Assembly: GCA_018901715.1 (NCBI GenBank) | Contig: JAHIEL010000087.1 | Span: 1-26,246 of the forward strand | Direction: 5' to 3' | Source: Patescibacteria group bacterium | Lineage (GTDB): Bacteria > Patescibacteriota > Minisyncoccia > Minisyncoccales > PEYH01 | DNA length: 26,246 nucleotides | Part shown: in pieces, positions 23,833-26,246 of the stretch | How positions within the stretch are numbered: position 1 is the stretch's first letter | Layout of the letters: every line of letters starts with the position of its first letter | Position numbers and translations under genes: made by a program | Notes under the pieces: generated by a model | The model's database searches: none | The model's input: only the letters and a program-made list of their open reading frames with translations | What the model was told of the DNA's origin: nothing

Positions 23833-25623
23833 ATGGAACAGAAGATAAGAAATTTTGCCATTATCTCGCACATAGACCATGGAAAATCAACTTTAGCTGA
23901 TAGGTTTTTAGAATTTACCTCAACTATTGAGGCAAAAAAAATGAGGCCTCAATTTTTAGATATGATGGACTTGGAAAGAGAAAGGGGAATTACTATAAAA
24001 CTCCAACCAGTAAGAATGGAATACAAAGGATATATTTTAAACATGATTGATACCCCGGGGCATGTTGATTTTTCTTATGAGGTCTCCAGAAGCTTAGCAG
24101 CAATTGAAGGCGCTTTGCTTTTAGTAGATGTGTCCAAGGGAATTCAGGCGCAGACCTTGGCTAATTTAGAGATGGCAAAAGAGCAAGGGCTTAAAATTAT
24201 TCCGATTATAAATAAAGTTGATTTAATGGATAGAGAGCAGGGGAGTTTATCTATTGACCAAGACAGGGCAAGCGAGGTAGCACAGGAAGTATCGGGTCTT
24301 TTAAATATTAATCCAGAAGAAATTTTAAGAATTTCTGCTAAGACCGGTCTTAATGTTGATAAAGTGCTTGAGCAAATAATTTCAAATGTCCCAGCGCCAA
24401 AAGAAAAAAAAGACGAACCTTTAAGAGCTTTAATTTTTGATTTTCAATATGACTCTTATCTCGGAGTAATAGCTTTTATAAGAGTAATTGACGGAGAACT
24501 TAAAAAAGACGATAAGCTTTATTTATTAAATTCCAAAACCAAGGCACAGGCAAAAGAAGTTGGCTATTTTAAGCCACAAAGGCAGAGCAAGAGCATTTTG
24601 GAGAGAGGAGAAATTGGGTATGTTGTTTTAGGAATTAAAGAACCAGAAAAAGTTAAAATTGGAGACACAATTGTAAATATAGAAGAAAAAGTAGAACCAC
24701 TACCCGGCTATAAAGAACCAAGGCCAGTAGTATTTATGGGTTTATTTCCAGAAAACCCTAATAATTGGGGTTTGCTAAAAGAAGCACTTTCAAGATTTAA
24801 GTTGAATGACCCTTCTTTAACTTTTAGGCAAGAATCAAAAATGAGCTTAGGCCAGGGATTTCAGTGCGGTTTTTTAGGGCTTTTGCACGCAGAAATTGTA
24901 ATAGAACGGCTGAAAAGAGAATTTAATCTTGAGCTCATAACTTCCGCACCTTCTGTTGGTTATAGAATAATTGACCAAAAAGACAAAGTAAATATTATTT
25001 GTTCTGCAGCTGATTGGCCCGATGGTTCTAGAATCAAAAAAACCCAAGAGCAAATATGCGAATTTAAAATTATTGTGCCTCAAAATTATCTTGGCCAAGC
25101 TCTTGAGCTGTTAGTCAATAAGAGCCCAGAAATAAGGCATTTGAGTAGAGATAAAAAACTTTTGGTCTGCGAAATCCCTTTTAGGGAAATAATGGATAAT
25201 TTTTATGATAAACTAAAAAGTGCGACTAAGGGTTTTGGCTCAATGGAATACAAAATTGTGAGATGGGAAGATTCTCACTTAGCAAAGCTTGAAATTTTGG
25301 TTTTAGGTGAGCTAAGAGAGGCGTTTTCTTCAATTGTGCCCAAGGACTCTGCTTATGAAAAAGCTAAAGCAATTCTTGAGAAACTTTTATCAATTTTTCC
25401 GCCCCAGCTTTTTGATGTGCCGTTACAGGCAAGAATAGGGGGAACTATTATTTCCAGAAAGACAGTTAGGGCTAGAAGAAAGGATGTTACAGGAGCGTTG
25501 TATGGAGGCGATTATACAAGGAAGAGAAAGCTTTTAGAACAGCAAAAAAAAGGCAAGGAAAAATTAAAACAAAGGGCGAAAATTAAAATACCTCAAGAGG
25601 TATTCTGGAAGCTCTATAAATAG
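23833..25623 (+). CDS. lepA: Translation elongation factor 4 (LepA)
   Basis: IRNFAIISHIDHGKSTLADR, ERERGITIK, DTPGHVDF, GFLGLLH, RKDVTGALYGGDYTRKRKLL. Confidence 0.98.
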   Translation: MEQKIRNFAIISHIDHGKSTLADRFLEFTSTIEAKKMRPQFLDMMDLERERGITIKLQPVRMEYKGYILNMIDTPGHVDFSYEVSRSLAAIEGALLLVDVSKGIQAQTLANLEMAKEQGLKIIPIINKVDLMDREQGSLSIDQDRASEVAQEVSGLLNINPEEILRISAKTGLNVDKVLEQIISNVPAPKEKKDEPLRALIFDFQYDSYLGVIAFIRVIDGELKKDDKLYLLNSKTKAQAKEVGYFKPQRQSKSILERGEIGYVVLGIKEPEKVKIGDTIVNIEEKVEPLPGYKEPRPVVFMGLFPENPNNWGLLKEALSRFKLNDPSLTFRQESKMSLGQGFQCGFLGLLHAEIVIERLKREFNLELITSAPSVGYRIIDQKDKVNIICSAADWPDGSRIKKTQEQICEFKIIVPQNYLGQALELLVNKSPEIRHLSRDKKLLVCEIPFREIMDNFYDKLKSATKGFGSMEYKIVRWEDSHLAKLEILVLGELREAFSSIVPKDSAYEKAKAILEKLLSIFPPQLFDVPLQARIGGTIISRKTVRARRKDVTGALYGGDYTRKRKLLEQQKKGKEKLKQRAKIKIPQEVFWKLYK

Positions 25624-25764
25624 AGTTGAAAGTTTCCTCTTTTGGGGGTATCATTTGAATAAAGGGGCAATAGCCCAGCTCACCATACTTAGGGCTACCA
25701 AGCTTATCATCATTATCCAAATAATTCTTGCAATTTTTTTAGCATTTAATTTCATATTAAATCT

Positions 25765-26172
25765 ATGATAACAAAAAAAATCTCTAAAGCCAAACGGTCT
25801 ATGTCAGATAATTTTTTAATTGTGCTTTTGCTAATTTTTAATTTTACAATTTTAGGATTTTTATTAATTGCTAATGTAAAATTATTTTCTCAGACCAGTG
25901 AAGCAGGAGATAAATATCTAAATTTGAATCAAGAGATAAGAGAGCTTGAAAGAAAGAACAGCGAACTGGAAGAACTTCTGGCCATTACAAATGATGAAGC
26001 AGAGATAGAAAAATTTTTAAGGGAAAAAGGACTTTATAAAAAACCAGGAGAAGAAGTAGTAGTGATTAAAAGAGAAGGAGAAAAAGAGGAAGCGCAGATT
26101 ATACTGAAACAGAGTGCTTCTTTATGGGATAAAGTATTGGATTTTTTCAGACAATTATCCTCGCGGGATTAG
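25765..26172 (+). CDS. FtsB/DivIC-like septum formation initiator
   Basis: Single TM, coiled coil, then IEKFLREKGLYKKPGEEVVVI, resembling the DivIC C-terminal motif. Confidence 0.75.
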   Translation: MITKKISKAKRSMSDNFLIVLLLIFNFTILGFLLIANVKLFSQTSEAGDKYLNLNQEIRELERKNSELEELLAITNDEAEIEKFLREKGLYKKPGEEVVVIKREGEKEEAQIILKQSASLWDKVLDFFRQLSSRD

Positions 26173-26203
26173 TATAAAGGTAATATATAACCCCGCCCAT
26201 TAT

Positions 26204-26246
26204 GCGAGGGTAGCACAATGGTAATGCGCTTGCTTCCCAAGCAAGA
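26204..26246 (+). tRNA. tRNA-Gly(CCC), 3' truncated by the window edge
   Basis: GCGAGGG-TA-GCAC-AATGGTA-ATGC-G-CTTGC-TTCCCAA-GCAAG: D arm and anticodon arm with CCC. Confidence 0.9.

Noticed and set aside
25669-25697. TAGCCC/GGGCTA hairpin after lepA
   Set aside because: Short stem with a large loop, no U-run and no tRNA features.

Overview
AT-rich chromosomal window, most likely from a Patescibacteria (CPR, Parcubacteria-type) genome; this is inferred from gene content, the VirD4-like ATPase with its partner gene and the sigma4/HTH protein. Nearly all genes are on the + strand. Housekeeping order: O-antigen-ligase/TPR protein (cut by the left edge), murB, hpf, secA, Nudix, secD-metK-secF, CaCA antiporter, two hypothetical/HTH proteins, a partner gene plus VirD4-like ATPase, pgk, RecJ-like DHH nuclease, RNase HI, rnpB (- strand), murJ, lepA, ftsB-like gene, partial tRNA-Gly(CCC). 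Three GC-richer genes (PKD lipoprotein, deoxynucleoside kinase, 83-aa orphan) each have their own sigma70 promoter, a strong AAGGAG(G) Shine-Dalgarno and a terminator. The native genes lack clear SD motifs and several look leaderless. The most unusual signal is intergenic: a family of five GC-rich palindromes with a covarying core CCCG-N-Y-CTC...GAG-R-N-CGGG. Two near-identical 40-bp copies bracket the orphan gene like a cassette, and two copies sit between 12-16 bp direct repeats next to promoters. Also present are a 19-bp perfect palindrome found twice, heptamer tandem repeats and two candidate small RNAs. No transposase, integrase, CRISPR array or phage gene was seen. All folding and motif calls were made by eye.
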